From a virus: a stretch of 64,000 nt of DNA. Under the pieces are notes generated by a model. The model was given only the letters and a program-made list of their open reading frames with translations, had not been told where the DNA came from and searched no databases. Positions 10,027 to 20,500 of this stretch are shown piece by piece. The stretch is from IMG/VR virus record IMGVR_UViG_3300028146_000008, positions 1 through 64,000 of that record; one strand, written 5' to 3'. Position 1 is the stretch's first letter. Each line of letters opens with the position of its first letter. A program made the translations under genes and the position numbers.

Positions 10027-11817
10027 CTAGCTTAAAACTATTGTGAAATTTCCCGGTGGCGAGAGTAGTCCACCCGTGCCACTTGCTGCAGTCTGTACTG
10101 CACCTAAATCCCAACTGCCGCTAGAAGGGCGTGCCGTGCCAGCTACAGGCTTGCCCCCGCTAAATCCAATTCCCGTACAAATCTGTGCGTGTGTACTGCA
10201 CAGCGACGTGAGGTTTGTTCCTGCGCCTTGCACGTTCGCGCCTGTTGGAGCGAATGGAATTACCGTCTGAATTTGCGGGGCGACTGTGCCGGAAGATGTT
10301 GAATGCGTGTCGGGCGTACCCGTGACAGCTTGCCAAGTAGCGAAGGAGACGATTCCGCCGCCACCGCTGTAGTTCATCTGTCCGTTGTGTTTGTAGTAGT
10401 AATTGAAATCAATCGTAGTCCAGTTGTTCGCGGCCTGGTTGGTGTTGATGCCATACCCTACTAACTCGAAGATGTTGTTCTCGATGGTTTCATTCAAACC
10501 CGCACTGCCGATGAAAACTCCGGCGTTCGAGACGCCCTGGCTGGAGCTGGAACCGATCACCGTGTTGTTGACGAACTTCTCGTTTTGCCCACCGGATGAA
10601 ATGTACCCACTGGCCGGGATGTCCGCAGCGTTGCTGGCTACCAAAACGTTGTTTGAAACCACACAGCCATCGTAGTAGCTGCTACGGCTCTGGTCGGATT
10701 CTAGGTTGATGTACGCCGTTCCGCCTCCTGCATCACCGTAGAAATAGTTCTTGTCAATCACCACGTTAGTCATACGGGCGCTTGTGTTCGCGCCCCCGCC
10801 CGCCCAGATGTGGTAGTAGTCGAGGTGAAAGCAGAAGTTCGGATTCGAGGAATCCGTTCCGCAAAGTGCTCGCCAGTTCTGAAAATCGTGGAAGGTGTTG
10901 AACTGGACTAAGAAGTTGTCCAGCGTGGCGCTGTTCGCATTCGAGCCGCCCCCTGCGCCGTGATCTCCGTTGTAGAACTCGTTTCCAGTGAGAGTCCAGG
11001 TTGAGAGACCTGCACTAGCGTAGATACCGAATGTCTGCCAGCGAATGTCGTGGAACACGTTGTTCGTAATAGCGAGATTGCTGCCACCACCGTAGATGAT
11101 CCCGTAACTATTTCCGCCTTTTGTATCAGAAAGAGTCAGATTGCTTCCAGAGCCTGTTGCAGCACTCGCGTAGCTGGCGGTGTTTCCGCTAACTCCCGTA
11201 ATGGTTATGTTTGTACCGTCGAAAGCACTGGACCCACCAGGGTCAGAAACTGTAATACCGGATTCACCGACCGCTAGGCCGCAGTTCGCAATCGCACAGG
11301 TCAGTGTGGCGGTAGTGCCGGTGCCCGTTGCGGTCACCCCCGTTTGCATAATTTGATGCACGTATGCATTTGCGAGGGTTAGATTCTTAACAGTGTTATT
11401 CGACCCGCCTTGCATGTTGATAAAGCAAGTGTCGCTTTGGTTCGCCAGCCCCGTACCATTAGCGGTGTTCTGGATGATGCCGTTCGTCCCGCCATCAAAT
11501 GTCCAGAAACTTTTCCCATTTACGGTTAAGCCACAAGTCGGTGTAGTGCCGCTTCCTTGGAAGAAGGGCGCTTGCAGGATTGCTCCCGTCTCCCACTTGA
11601 GCGTGATGGGGTTGCCGCTTGTGCCGCTATTCGTCGCCGTCAGTATCGTGCTGTTTGTCCCTCCGGTTATCGTCCCGCAGACGTGCAAGACGTTACCGGC
11701 GACTTGTTTGCCAGAGGTGTTCCAACCGTTCGTTACGTCGTTGTAAGCGAACGCGTTTGCACACGAACTTCCGTCATTCGCTCCAGCAGAAACATTCGCA
11801 AAATAAATGTCAGCCAT
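10027..11817 (-). CDS. Right-handed beta-helix (pectin lyase-like) protein, putative tailspike/depolymerase
   Basis: Repeated ITNNVFHD/VQFNTFHD/IDKNYFY/VSNNVL/FVNNTV/IENNIF strands; C-terminal RP..GSWDLGA. Confidence 0.75.
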   Translation of the reverse strand: MADIYFANVSAGANDGSSCANAFAYNDVTNGWNTSGKQVAGNVLHVCGTITGGTNSTILTATNSGTSGNPITLKWETGAILQAPFFQGSGTTPTCGLTVNGKSFWTFDGGTNGIIQNTANGTGLANQSDTCFINMQGGSNNTVKNLTLANAYVHQIMQTGVTATGTGTTATLTCAIANCGLAVGESGITVSDPGGSSAFDGTNITITGVSGNTASYASAATGSGSNLTLSDTKGGNSYGIIYGGGSNLAITNNVFHDIRWQTFGIYASAGLSTWTLTGNEFYNGDHGAGGGSNANSATLDNFLVQFNTFHDFQNWRALCGTDSSNPNFCFHLDYYHIWAGGGANTSARMTNVVIDKNYFYGDAGGGTAYINLESDQSRSSYYDGCVVSNNVLVASNAADIPASGYISSGGQNEKFVNNTVIGSSSSQGVSNAGVFIGSAGLNETIENNIFELVGYGINTNQAANNWTTIDFNYYYKHNGQMNYSGGGGIVSFATWQAVTGTPDTHSTSSGTVAPQIQTVIPFAPTGANVQGAGTNLTSLCSTHAQICTGIGFSGGKPVAGTARPSSGSWDLGAVQTAASGTGGLLSPPGNFTIVLS

Positions 11818-14800
11818 TATCGGGCCACCCGCCAGTTCAGAGTTGCTGCACCGGGAGTAATCGAGCCCGCAGTGTTATTGCAAACGTTGAAGTTCACGTT
11901 ATTTGAGGTTGGATAGGATTGGATGAACAACGAACCGCTCGCCGAGGGTCCGTATCCGGTAATCACGCTCGGATCGGAGTTGAAGGTTGCAGTGATAACG
12001 TCAGTCGTAGCGACTCCCGTTGCCGCGACTGTAACCACTGTCGCGCACGTACCGGAGCTGATAGCCGAAGTACCGAGTGATGCGGTTCCGGTTGCGACCG
12101 TGTGCGCCACGCCCGTCGCCGATTGCGTGCTGTTGACGACGTTGCCGTTCGCATCGAAACTAGCGAGGTTGCCGCTGGTCAGAGTGCCGCTCGATTGCGC
12201 GACTCGTCCGCTGTTACCACTGGCTGAGTTCAGTGAGTTCGACTGCGCTCCGACGTTGCCGATTACTAAAGCGCGAGTGTAGGTCGTACCGCTCGTCAGT
12301 GCGGTGCCGGTTGTTGTGCTTGGAAATGCTCCGACAACTAACGCGCCGTTGATGAGTTGGTTGTTGAAAAACTCTTGGTCCGTGCTAATGCTGTCAGCCG
12401 CAAAAGCTGCGTTCTTGGGCAAGCTGTAGCCTGTCCAGTTAACGAGACCACCGTTGTTCCGAGCGTTGAAAATGCCCGGTGCGCCGCTGGAGAACGTGGG
12501 GTCTGTACCCGACGTGCTGGTTACCGTTCCCGAAGCGGTCGTGTTTGTACAGGTCAGGGTCGTGCCAATCGCCGTAAACTTCACGCGGTCGCCGACCGCA
12601 CTCGTCATCGCGGTGTTACTAACGTTTGCGATGCCGCCGTTTGTGACCTTCCGAATCGTGATTGCGGCAGTGCCTACGTCGCAGATGTAACCGTTCGTGG
12701 TTGCGGTAGTCGTGCCGGTATTTCGCAGCGAGCAACCTTGCTGGTTGGCAGTGGTCGCTGCAATCGAAACTTCGCACGCTTGGTCGTTCAGGAAACCCCA
12801 TGCTGTCCAGTAGCTGTTCGTGTTGGCCGAGGCGCTTCCACCAATTACAGTATTACCTGAGATTGCTTCGGTACCGTTTGTGCTGTAGTTGCTTGTCCAG
12901 TTGGAGCCGAGGCCGCCGTTTGCACGGTTGAAGTTATCGAACGCGACCGGGGCAAGTCCCGCAGCAGATGTCGCGGTCGAATCCAACAGGAACGTCCCAC
13001 TTGCATCTGGCAGCGTCTGCGTGCGATTCGCAGTCAGCGTGGTTGGAGCAACTGTCGCCTGAAGGCCATTTGTAAATACATGCTGCGGCGACCAAACTTG
13101 ATTAGCGGAGACTCCCGCTGGTCCAGTTCCGGCCATTGTGGACATACTTTGTCCGCAAGGAGATGCAGACGACCAAACATACGAAGTTGACGCTCCACCC
13201 ACTACCCACGGCGACGCGCACTGAAAACTAGCGCAAGACCCGGCGAGGCAGCGATAAAGGTTATAGCCAATCGCCCCAGGCACTGTAGCCCAAGTGATGG
13301 TAACTGTCTGGTTGCCACTCGAAGTCGTGCAACTCGTAGATTGCGGCGACATTACACCTTCCGCAGATCCACCAGCAGCCCCGCTCGGAAACACCGGTGC
13401 AGTTGTAAAAGTATAAGTATTGGCCAGGACCGAACCGCCCGCACTTACCGCACAACTAGGTGCAGCTTGCGGTTGAGAATTTGCAAACAGTTGAAAAAGA
13501 TTCCCAATCGCCACACCAGTATTGAACTGGTTTTCTGCGTACAGCGAACCACTATTATTACTGAGTTGTCCGTCGATGGCGGTTCCGGTTACTTGAGCAG
13601 TTTGAAAGGTTGAATTACTATTCCCTGCGTTAGTACCGCTTGTAACGGAAACTTGGAAGGCTACTCCCGCAGGTCCGTTGAACAACGGTTGCTGCAATCC
13701 TGGAATAGCTCCTGGAATCTTAATCACTCCGGACGGCGTTCCGTACCAGGTATAGAGTGGCGCAGACATCGTATCCAGCACCACGTTTGTAATCTCCAGA
13801 CCCGTACCGATAACGCTACCGGAGGCGAACGTCGAAAACATGGGCATGATGCCGCCCTGTTCATAGATCAGATTAACCTTGGTTGTGCCACCGAGAGTAC
13901 TAGGCCGGAGAAATACGCCACGCCGATTCAAGAAGGTATCATTGAAATCAAACGGCCCACCGACTCCATCCATGTAGACGAAAGGGGTTGCAGTCAGACC
14001 TAAGACGTTCGATAGCCCTCCGATGAACGCGCACTGGTCGAATCGGTAGTTGGTTCCACCAGTTTCGTCCGCACGCAGGACAAAATGCATCGCCATGTAG
14101 TCGCTACTGTTGGAGGTTTGAAAGTTTACGTTGTGGATGTATCCACCAGGAATTTGTCCCTGGTCATTGCAGATGATGACGCCAAAATATGCGTTATGCA
14201 CGAGCGTCAAATAGCTCATGTTCAAAACGGTATTCGGTCCATAAAACATCGGCACCGCAGTACTGGATACAACTGCAGGAAATGCCATACGGGTAAACGA
14301 GGGCGCATTGCTAGGCAGGACCGGCTGACCTGACCAAATTGAAGTCCCGAGAATCACCGTATCATTTAAGGTGATTGTCCCTGCCTGCATCACACTGAGT
14401 TGGCGGGGGGTCTGTCGGAGGTCGAGAACCGAGTTCGTAACGTAGGTTGCATTAGTCCCGGTAGAGGGGAAGAAGATAACGCCTACTGCACCGGTTTTGT
14501 TCGCGGTGGAGGCGAGTGCCGCAGCGAGAATAGTGGGTGCGTTATCGAATTTGGTCGTAGCAGCCGCAACGGTGTTGATTGCATTTGCAGCCAGTACCAG
14601 ATTAACCGTACCCGCACCGCTAGAAATTGTAGTTACTAAGTCGCCGTTCTTCCCTGAAACCGGGGGCGTCAACGAGTAGTAATCCGGCACGTTACTGGAA
14701 CTGATATTCGCAGTCATCGTGCTGCCGAAGTCATCCCAGCTATTCGCCAACGGATCGTTGTTGATTGCAGTTATAAATGTTGACGACTGCGGCAGTGTGA

Positions 14801-16304
14801 CTCCAAGCAAAACCATCGAGCCACTGGTGCGTCCATAAATTAGATATCGAAATGCTCCCGTAACTGGCGTCCATGTGATGTGATTGCACATGAACCAAGT
14901 TACAGTACCGGCAGCTCCTCCACTTGCAGGCGCACCTAGTCTGGTATCGTCTGAGGTTGAAAATGTAAAGTGTGTGTTATCCGGAGCTGTTGCAACCTGC
15001 CACCAGCCGTTCGCATTCCCCGCGCCCGCGATCAGCACCATCGCACCGACAACCAAATTGTGGGCACTAGAAGTCGTAACTGTAACCGTAGTTTGGCTCT
15101 GGGTCCAACCGGAGATACTTACGTTTTGCGAGCCGAGTGTCGCAGGTCCGTTTGCGATTGAAGTAACCGACGATGCAGGGGTGAAGCTGCCGTCTATCCC
15201 AACCGCTACAATCTGATATTGATAAGTAGTGGCCCCGGACGCATTGGCGATTGTTAGGCCAGTTCCTGTTCCGCCACGCGCGTTCGATGCAACCACCGTG
15301 GGGGCTGCTGGAGTCGTAAGCGTAAGTGTCGTACCTGCGCCTCTAACCACAATTCCATCGCCATTTTGAAATGTGCTCGCCGCAGCCAACGTCAGTGCAT
15401 TAGATGTTGCGTTGATAGAACCGGTCGTAGCGGGCACCGAGACGACCCCACGCACCCCAAACTGCCTTACATCCATGTAAGGGTTCGGGCCGCCGAATAA
15501 AGAGTCCACTACAGTTGTGAACAACCCACCGATAGTCGCGGTAGATGCAGTGGTCAGCGCCCCGGAGATCGCAGCCGTCGAGTTTGCCGTGAGAGCGCCG
15601 GTTATGGTCGCCGTTGAGTTTGCTGCGAGAGCGCCGGTTACGGTAGCCGTCGAGGAAAAAGTTGTCGCGTTTCCGACAGTAACCGTGGTGCCGTTGTCCG
15701 AGATTGAGCTGGCTCCGAATGCCCCACCCTGATTCTTTTGCAGAATGTTATTCGGGTTCGCAGGGCTGGCACCGCTGCCACCTCCCGCGTTGGAGACAAG
15801 GTTCCAGTTCGTTCCGTCAAATTTGAAAGTCAGCGCGTTCGTGTGATTCGCGGCTGTGTCGAAGGTGTATCCGGCAGGCAATATGAAGTTGGCAGGAAAC
15901 GCAAAAGTCCACGTACCGGTTCCATCTTCGATCAGCGTCAGACTGAGCAGGTTACCGTTCTTCGGGGTTCCGGTCGTGCTGGAAGATGTGACGGTTCCGG
16001 TCAACGTCATCGTATAAGACGCGCTCTGAGCTACGTTGAAAACAGGTGTCGCGGAGAAGGGCAAAACGGTGTTCGGAAGCAACGCGCCGTTCGCAAACGA
16101 AATGCTTCCTGGGCCGCGCATGTCGAACACGGGAACGTTGTTCGGATTGACGTAGGTATCGTCACCGGCATAACTAGCAGGGATCCAAACCGCAGCGCGG
16201 GGTTGGCCTAAACCTGGAATATTCGCAGCTTTGTCAATCGCAGCCTGTAGTCGAGGCCCAACAAAGGCGTCAGGTACAACTATATTCTGAAAGGGAATTT
16301 CCAT
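11817..16304 (-). CDS. Large tail fibre/tailspike protein
   Basis: 1495 aa, Thr/Ser/Gly-rich; YMDVRQFGV and DNAPTILAAA beta-helix entry motifs; lectin-like DNFNRANG domain. Confidence 0.75.
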   Translation of the reverse strand: MEIPFQNIVVPDAFVGPRLQAAIDKAANIPGLGQPRAAVWIPASYAGDDTYVNPNNVPVFDMRGPGSISFANGALLPNTVLPFSATPVFNVAQSASYTMTLTGTVTSSSTTGTPKNGNLLSLTLIEDGTGTWTFAFPANFILPAGYTFDTAANHTNALTFKFDGTNWNLVSNAGGGSGASPANPNNILQKNQGGAFGASSISDNGTTVTVGNATTFSSTATVTGALAANSTATITGALTANSTAAISGALTTASTATIGGLFTTVVDSLFGGPNPYMDVRQFGVRGVVSVPATTGSINATSNALTLAAASTFQNGDGIVVRGAGTTLTLTTPAAPTVVASNARGGTGTGLTIANASGATTYQYQIVAVGIDGSFTPASSVTSIANGPATLGSQNVSISGWTQSQTTVTVTTSSAHNLVVGAMVLIAGAGNANGWWQVATAPDNTHFTFSTSDDTRLGAPASGGAAGTVTWFMCNHITWTPVTGAFRYLIYGRTSGSMVLLGVTLPQSSTFITAINNDPLANSWDDFGSTMTANISSSNVPDYYSLTPPVSGKNGDLVTTISSGAGTVNLVLAANAINTVAAATTKFDNAPTILAAALASTANKTGAVGVIFFPSTGTNATYVTNSVLDLRQTPRQLSVMQAGTITLNDTVILGTSIWSGQPVLPSNAPSFTRMAFPAVVSSTAVPMFYGPNTVLNMSYLTLVHNAYFGVIICNDQGQIPGGYIHNVNFQTSNSSDYMAMHFVLRADETGGTNYRFDQCAFIGGLSNVLGLTATPFVYMDGVGGPFDFNDTFLNRRGVFLRPSTLGGTTKVNLIYEQGGIMPMFSTFASGSVIGTGLEITNVVLDTMSAPLYTWYGTPSGVIKIPGAIPGLQQPLFNGPAGVAFQVSVTSGTNAGNSNSTFQTAQVTGTAIDGQLSNNSGSLYAENQFNTGVAIGNLFQLFANSQPQAAPSCAVSAGGSVLANTYTFTTAPVFPSGAAGGSAEGVMSPQSTSCTTSSGNQTVTITWATVPGAIGYNLYRCLAGSCASFQCASPWVVGGASTSYVWSSASPCGQSMSTMAGTGPAGVSANQVWSPQHVFTNGLQATVAPTTLTANRTQTLPDASGTFLLDSTATSAAGLAPVAFDNFNRANGGLGSNWTSNYSTNGTEAISGNTVIGGSASANTNSYWTAWGFLNDQACEVSIAATTANQQGCSLRNTGTTTATTNGYICDVGTAAITIRKVTNGGIANVSNTAMTSAVGDRVKFTAIGTTLTCTNTTASGTVTSTSGTDPTFSSGAPGIFNARNNGGLVNWTGYSLPKNAAFAADSISTDQEFFNNQLINGALVVGAFPSTTTGTALTSGTTYTRALVIGNVGAQSNSLNSASGNSGRVAQSSGTLTSGNLASFDANGNVVNSTQSATGVAHTVATGTASLGTSAISSGTCATVVTVAATGVATTDVITATFNSDPSVITGYGPSASGSLFIQSYPTSNNVNFNVCNNTAGSITPGAATLNWRVAR

Positions 16305-16313
16305 GTTTTACCT

Positions 16314-17549
16314 TTAAACGTGAATACCGATGCAATCTATTTCGTTCCAACTCACGGCGGACGCGCCGGTGGTGACCGTGATGACGGTTACGGAAGTAGC
16401 GGATTTAGAATTTACTTGTAAATACGTGCGGCCATTATTTGGAGCGTTGCTCGCGTCGTTCGGCCCGACACCGCTGCAACTAACTGTGTAGCTGGCGCTG
16501 GCAAAAGAGGATGGCCATGCGATTGTGTTGCTGCACTGGTTGTAACTGACGTTTCCGGTGGTGCAGGGGGTTCCGGTCACATCGCAACCGGACGGACAAT
16601 ACGTCATATATTGAATCGTTGGGCCACTGCCACCTGAACATCCGCTGGTGGTTGCGCCACCGTTTGCGTCTGTGCAGAGTGTTGCTCCGGTTCCGGAAAT
16701 CGTTCCGGCTGTGAGTAGCTTGCTGTCCGTACCTTGGAGCGCGGAACCAGTCACAGTTCCATTTAGGACTGGACTCGTCAGGGTCTTGTTCGTGAGCGTG
16801 TCCGTCGTGTCTCTGCCCACTAAAGTTGTGGGGCCAGCGGGCAGTGTCAGCAATCCGCCCGATCCGTTAATGGTGGGGGTATTGATGACAGGGCTGGTCA
16901 GAGTTTTGTTCGTCAGCGTGTCGGTCGTGTTCTGACCAACTAGAGTGTCCGTGGCTGCGGGTAGCGTGAGGATGCCCGAAGCGACGGCAGACGCCTGGAG
17001 CGTTGTCGAACCGCTCGTCGCACCTTCAAATTCCAGAGGTGTTGTGGACGCCAAAATCAGGGGCGCTCCAGAAATCGTCTGGGGCGAGCTAGGATTCAGC
17101 ACAACGAATCCCGTCGCACCGATAGTTACTCCACCGAGTGAATCAGACGCCAGTGTGATTCCGCCGCTGGAGATCAGGTTCAACGTGCTCTGAATCGTAT
17201 TCTTAACACCATTCGTTAATAGAACGGTTCCGCCGCCTCCACCCCCACCTTGAACAATCGTGATGGTTTGGGAAACCGACTGGGAGCCTGATACCGCGTT
17301 GGCTGTTCCTGAAATCGGAGGAATACGAGTTTGAGAAACGGACGGGTTCTGCCATTGCCGCTGCATGTCCGGTTGCTGAACATACGTGGCGGGTAACGGC
17401 CCCCGAAGATTCGGGTTCGGAGCTGATGGGTAAGTTCCGACTGAAACCGGAATCGGCAGAATCGGCGTGTTGGAGGTAGACGCAGGAACTAGTTTCCCGT
17501 CGTCAATCATCTCCTGCGCGGTTTGCTGATTCTGCTTGATAGTCGGCAT
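16314..17549 (-). CDS. Tail fibre protein
   Basis: Tandem repeat LTLPA..TLVG..TTDTLTNKTLTSPV.N (twice); C-terminal H-type-lectin-like region. Confidence 0.7.
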   Translation of the reverse strand: MPTIKQNQQTAQEMIDDGKLVPASTSNTPILPIPVSVGTYPSAPNPNLRGPLPATYVQQPDMQRQWQNPSVSQTRIPPISGTANAVSGSQSVSQTITIVQGGGGGGGTVLLTNGVKNTIQSTLNLISSGGITLASDSLGGVTIGATGFVVLNPSSPQTISGAPLILASTTPLEFEGATSGSTTLQASAVASGILTLPAATDTLVGQNTTDTLTNKTLTSPVINTPTINGSGGLLTLPAGPTTLVGRDTTDTLTNKTLTSPVLNGTVTGSALQGTDSKLLTAGTISGTGATLCTDANGGATTSGCSGGSGPTIQYMTYCPSGCDVTGTPCTTGNVSYNQCSNTIAWPSSFASASYTVSCSGVGPNDASNAPNNGRTYLQVNSKSATSVTVITVTTGASAVSWNEIDCIGIHV

Positions 17550-17557
17550 TTTTTATC

Positions 17558-20500
17558 TTACTTTTCATTCCAGTGACTTCCGTACACGGTCTGTGAAAGC
17601 ATTTCATTCTGGATCGTGTCTGTACTGCCGAAGTCCACCTTCACTTGCATGTGTCGGCAGAACGTCCCCTGTGGGGGAGCAATACCGCCAACGCTTTGAG
17701 CAAGGTAGTAGCGATTCGTGTACAGGCTCGATCCTTGTCGGGTCGCACCGTATCGCCACGGAGAATCTTGCGGCGGCAGTCCGGTGGGCAGAACGTAAGC
17801 AGACAAATCTTCAAAACTCGTGCTGGAACCGCTCTGAAGTGTTGCGTTAACTCCGCTGGAGTTGATGACGGTGAAAGTGTTTCCACCAATCCCTGTGATG
17901 ATAAACGTTCCGTTGTTTCCGGAATTTGCCATACCTGTGATGGTCACGCCTTGGCCTACTACCGGAGCAAAACCTGAAACCAGTGTGTAGGTGTAAGTTG
18001 TGTTGCTTCCGCTTTGGGCAGCCGCAGTGATGGTCATCACCGAGTCAACTACTTCGTCCAGAAGAACCGCGAGTCGGGGAGATGTTCCTTTTTTAAAGAA
18101 CTCACAAGTGATGAATCCGACTTCGGCCAGTTGACCAGGGTTGGCAAGAACCATCGAACCGAAAGTGAAGTTCGCTGGGTACGCGCTGCCGTTGTCACTG
18201 AATGTCGTGTAGGTCGAATCCCGCACAAGCACGGGTTGATTTGAAGTAGTAGACCCCATCAGAAGTGCGTGCTGGCCGGGAGCTACTTCGAGCGAGGCGA
18301 TAGCTTTAACTCCACCGACGATATTCGCTTTTGGACTCCACAGTGGACCACTGATCGCAGAGTCGGGAGCCGGGGTGGTCACACATCGGAACCAACCGGT
18401 TGAACCGTCCGCTACGAACAGAGCTGCGTCGTTGTGTCCTTGGGAGTGGAACGAAACGTAAGCCGATGACGGGGAAAATGTCGTGCTGCGGCCATTGTAA
18501 ACACTGAGTTGGTCTGCGATGCTTTTCCCTGTTCCCGCTACGCCTTGGTTCGGGTCCAGTGTCACTACTTGGCTGTCCGCAGTGAATAGATCAATCAGTC
18601 CGCCGCGCACGGTCAAAGCGTTGTACGACGTTAGCCCAAGTCCTGGAATGTAAATGTTCGGGTACATTGCACTTATGAGAGGGCCGCCCGACACAATTCC
18701 TAGATCAGACGTGGTGAAAATCAATAGCCCGATGTTAGTCGGTACTTCGCGCGTGACTGTGGACGGAAACGTAAAAAACTGGCCGGGGTTGAACGCAGTG
18801 TAGCCATTTCCCGGAGGCTGGCTTGAGCCGCCAACGTTTGGCCCCTGAGACGCATAAACTGTCGCACCTACGCTGTAAAAAATACGCCCGAAATATTGGG
18901 TCATATTTATCGCACCTGGAAGCGGTGGATCGTTGGAGTGGTTGATGGGCGCAACGACCAGTGTGTTCAGACCTGCGAACAGGTTATTCGCCACGTCAGG
19001 CAAGAAATCCTGGAACTGCCACGGTTGGGCAACACCGTTGATTGGCGATGGATTTTTAATGTCCGTCAGCCAGAAATATGTCGCACCGCCATCGAAAGTC
19101 CGAAAGATCGAAATCGTGTCTACCTGGGGATCGGTGCTTCCAATTCCGGATACGTACACAACGGAACCGGCGTTCGCTCCCGCCGCCATCTGAACGGAGG
19201 GGGACGCGGTTGAAACGCTGCCATCTGCGGAACCGGTTGGAAACGTGCCTTGGTCTACCGCAGGGCTTGGAGTAGATGCTGAACTCCCGAGCAGAACCCC
19301 GCCGCCACCGATGGACTGTGGTGAATACAAATCTACTGCAGACCGAGCTTTGAAGGCATACACATATCCGTAGCCTTTAGTCCAAGAAATCGAGTTCGCT
19401 GCTTGCGCTGCAACGTTCCGCCAAGTGATTTGGGTGTTGGAAGTGCTTGGGTCGAGAACAAAATTCTGAGAAATAACTGACCACGTTGGCTGGACGAGTC
19501 CGGATTTTCCTGACGTGATTGCAGCTTGGACGAATCCACTGCCGATCACTTGTGAACCACCGTAAGGTGATGTAGCCGATGGCGGAATGAATCCCGCGCT
19601 GGGCAGATGCCAAATCGTGTTCACAGCCCAAGTGACAGGCGGACCTACGCAGGTCCAGACTACAGACCCATCCGCAGTGTGGTCGCCGTAAGCGAACCCC
19701 CACGCTGTGGGTCGGCCCCCGGAATTTTCCAAACCTTGGTTGGTCCAGGTGACCGTTCCGTCTGTTGTGGTTCCGCCTACGGTTTGGTTCCAAGTCGGAC
19801 CAGCCTTCGCAGTTCCAGTGTCCGCTCCCGCTCCGATGTCGTCGTGGGAGATGTTGACGGTAAAAGTGGTTCCAGACGGAGTGCTGGTAATAATTGCGTT
19901 TACAACGTTGAATGTCGCGTTATGCGTACTGCCTGTGACAGTAACTTGCTGCCCGCTCGTATAGCCGTGAGCCGCAGACGCAGTGTAGGTTGCAACTCCA
20001 GCAGTCAGAACCGTGTTCGTCAGAGTTTTCGTGACGCCGGAGGTGCCACCCGTGGTTACTTTCTGAACGTAGCCGTTCGGGTCCCCGATGGTTGCGTTAA
20101 GCGGGTAAACATGGCCCGCTTGCCACTGTGCGACCGGCTGAGTGCTTCCCGTAGCGCCAGTCTGAGTGCAAACCTGCATGTTGCCGTTGGAATCTTTTAC
20201 AACCCCAAACGTAGCTTGTGTTCCCGACCAAGCGGAGTAATTCGTCAGCGCGGTCCAAGTATCCGAACCTTGAGAAATCCAAATAAGCTGATTATCGGTT
20301 ACCTGGGATCCTGCAGCAGCTTGGAACGCAGGCGCGTACCCTGAACCCGACGTTCCGCCGCCTGAGATTTGCAAGAAAACAGTTTGCGTGTTTCCGTTGG
20401 AGGGCAGAATCGGTTCAGCGATAGCATGAGACGCCAACGTTGGATTGTTGTTGGCAAAAGCCGGATAGCTGTGGCTTGGCTGCCATCTACCGACCGGCCC

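Noticed and set aside
11817-17549. Diversity-generating retroelement or invertible tail-fibre cassette
   Set aside because: No reverse transcriptase, template/variable repeat pair or flanking inverted repeats were seen; the repeat in 16314-17549 is an ordinary in-frame protein repeat.
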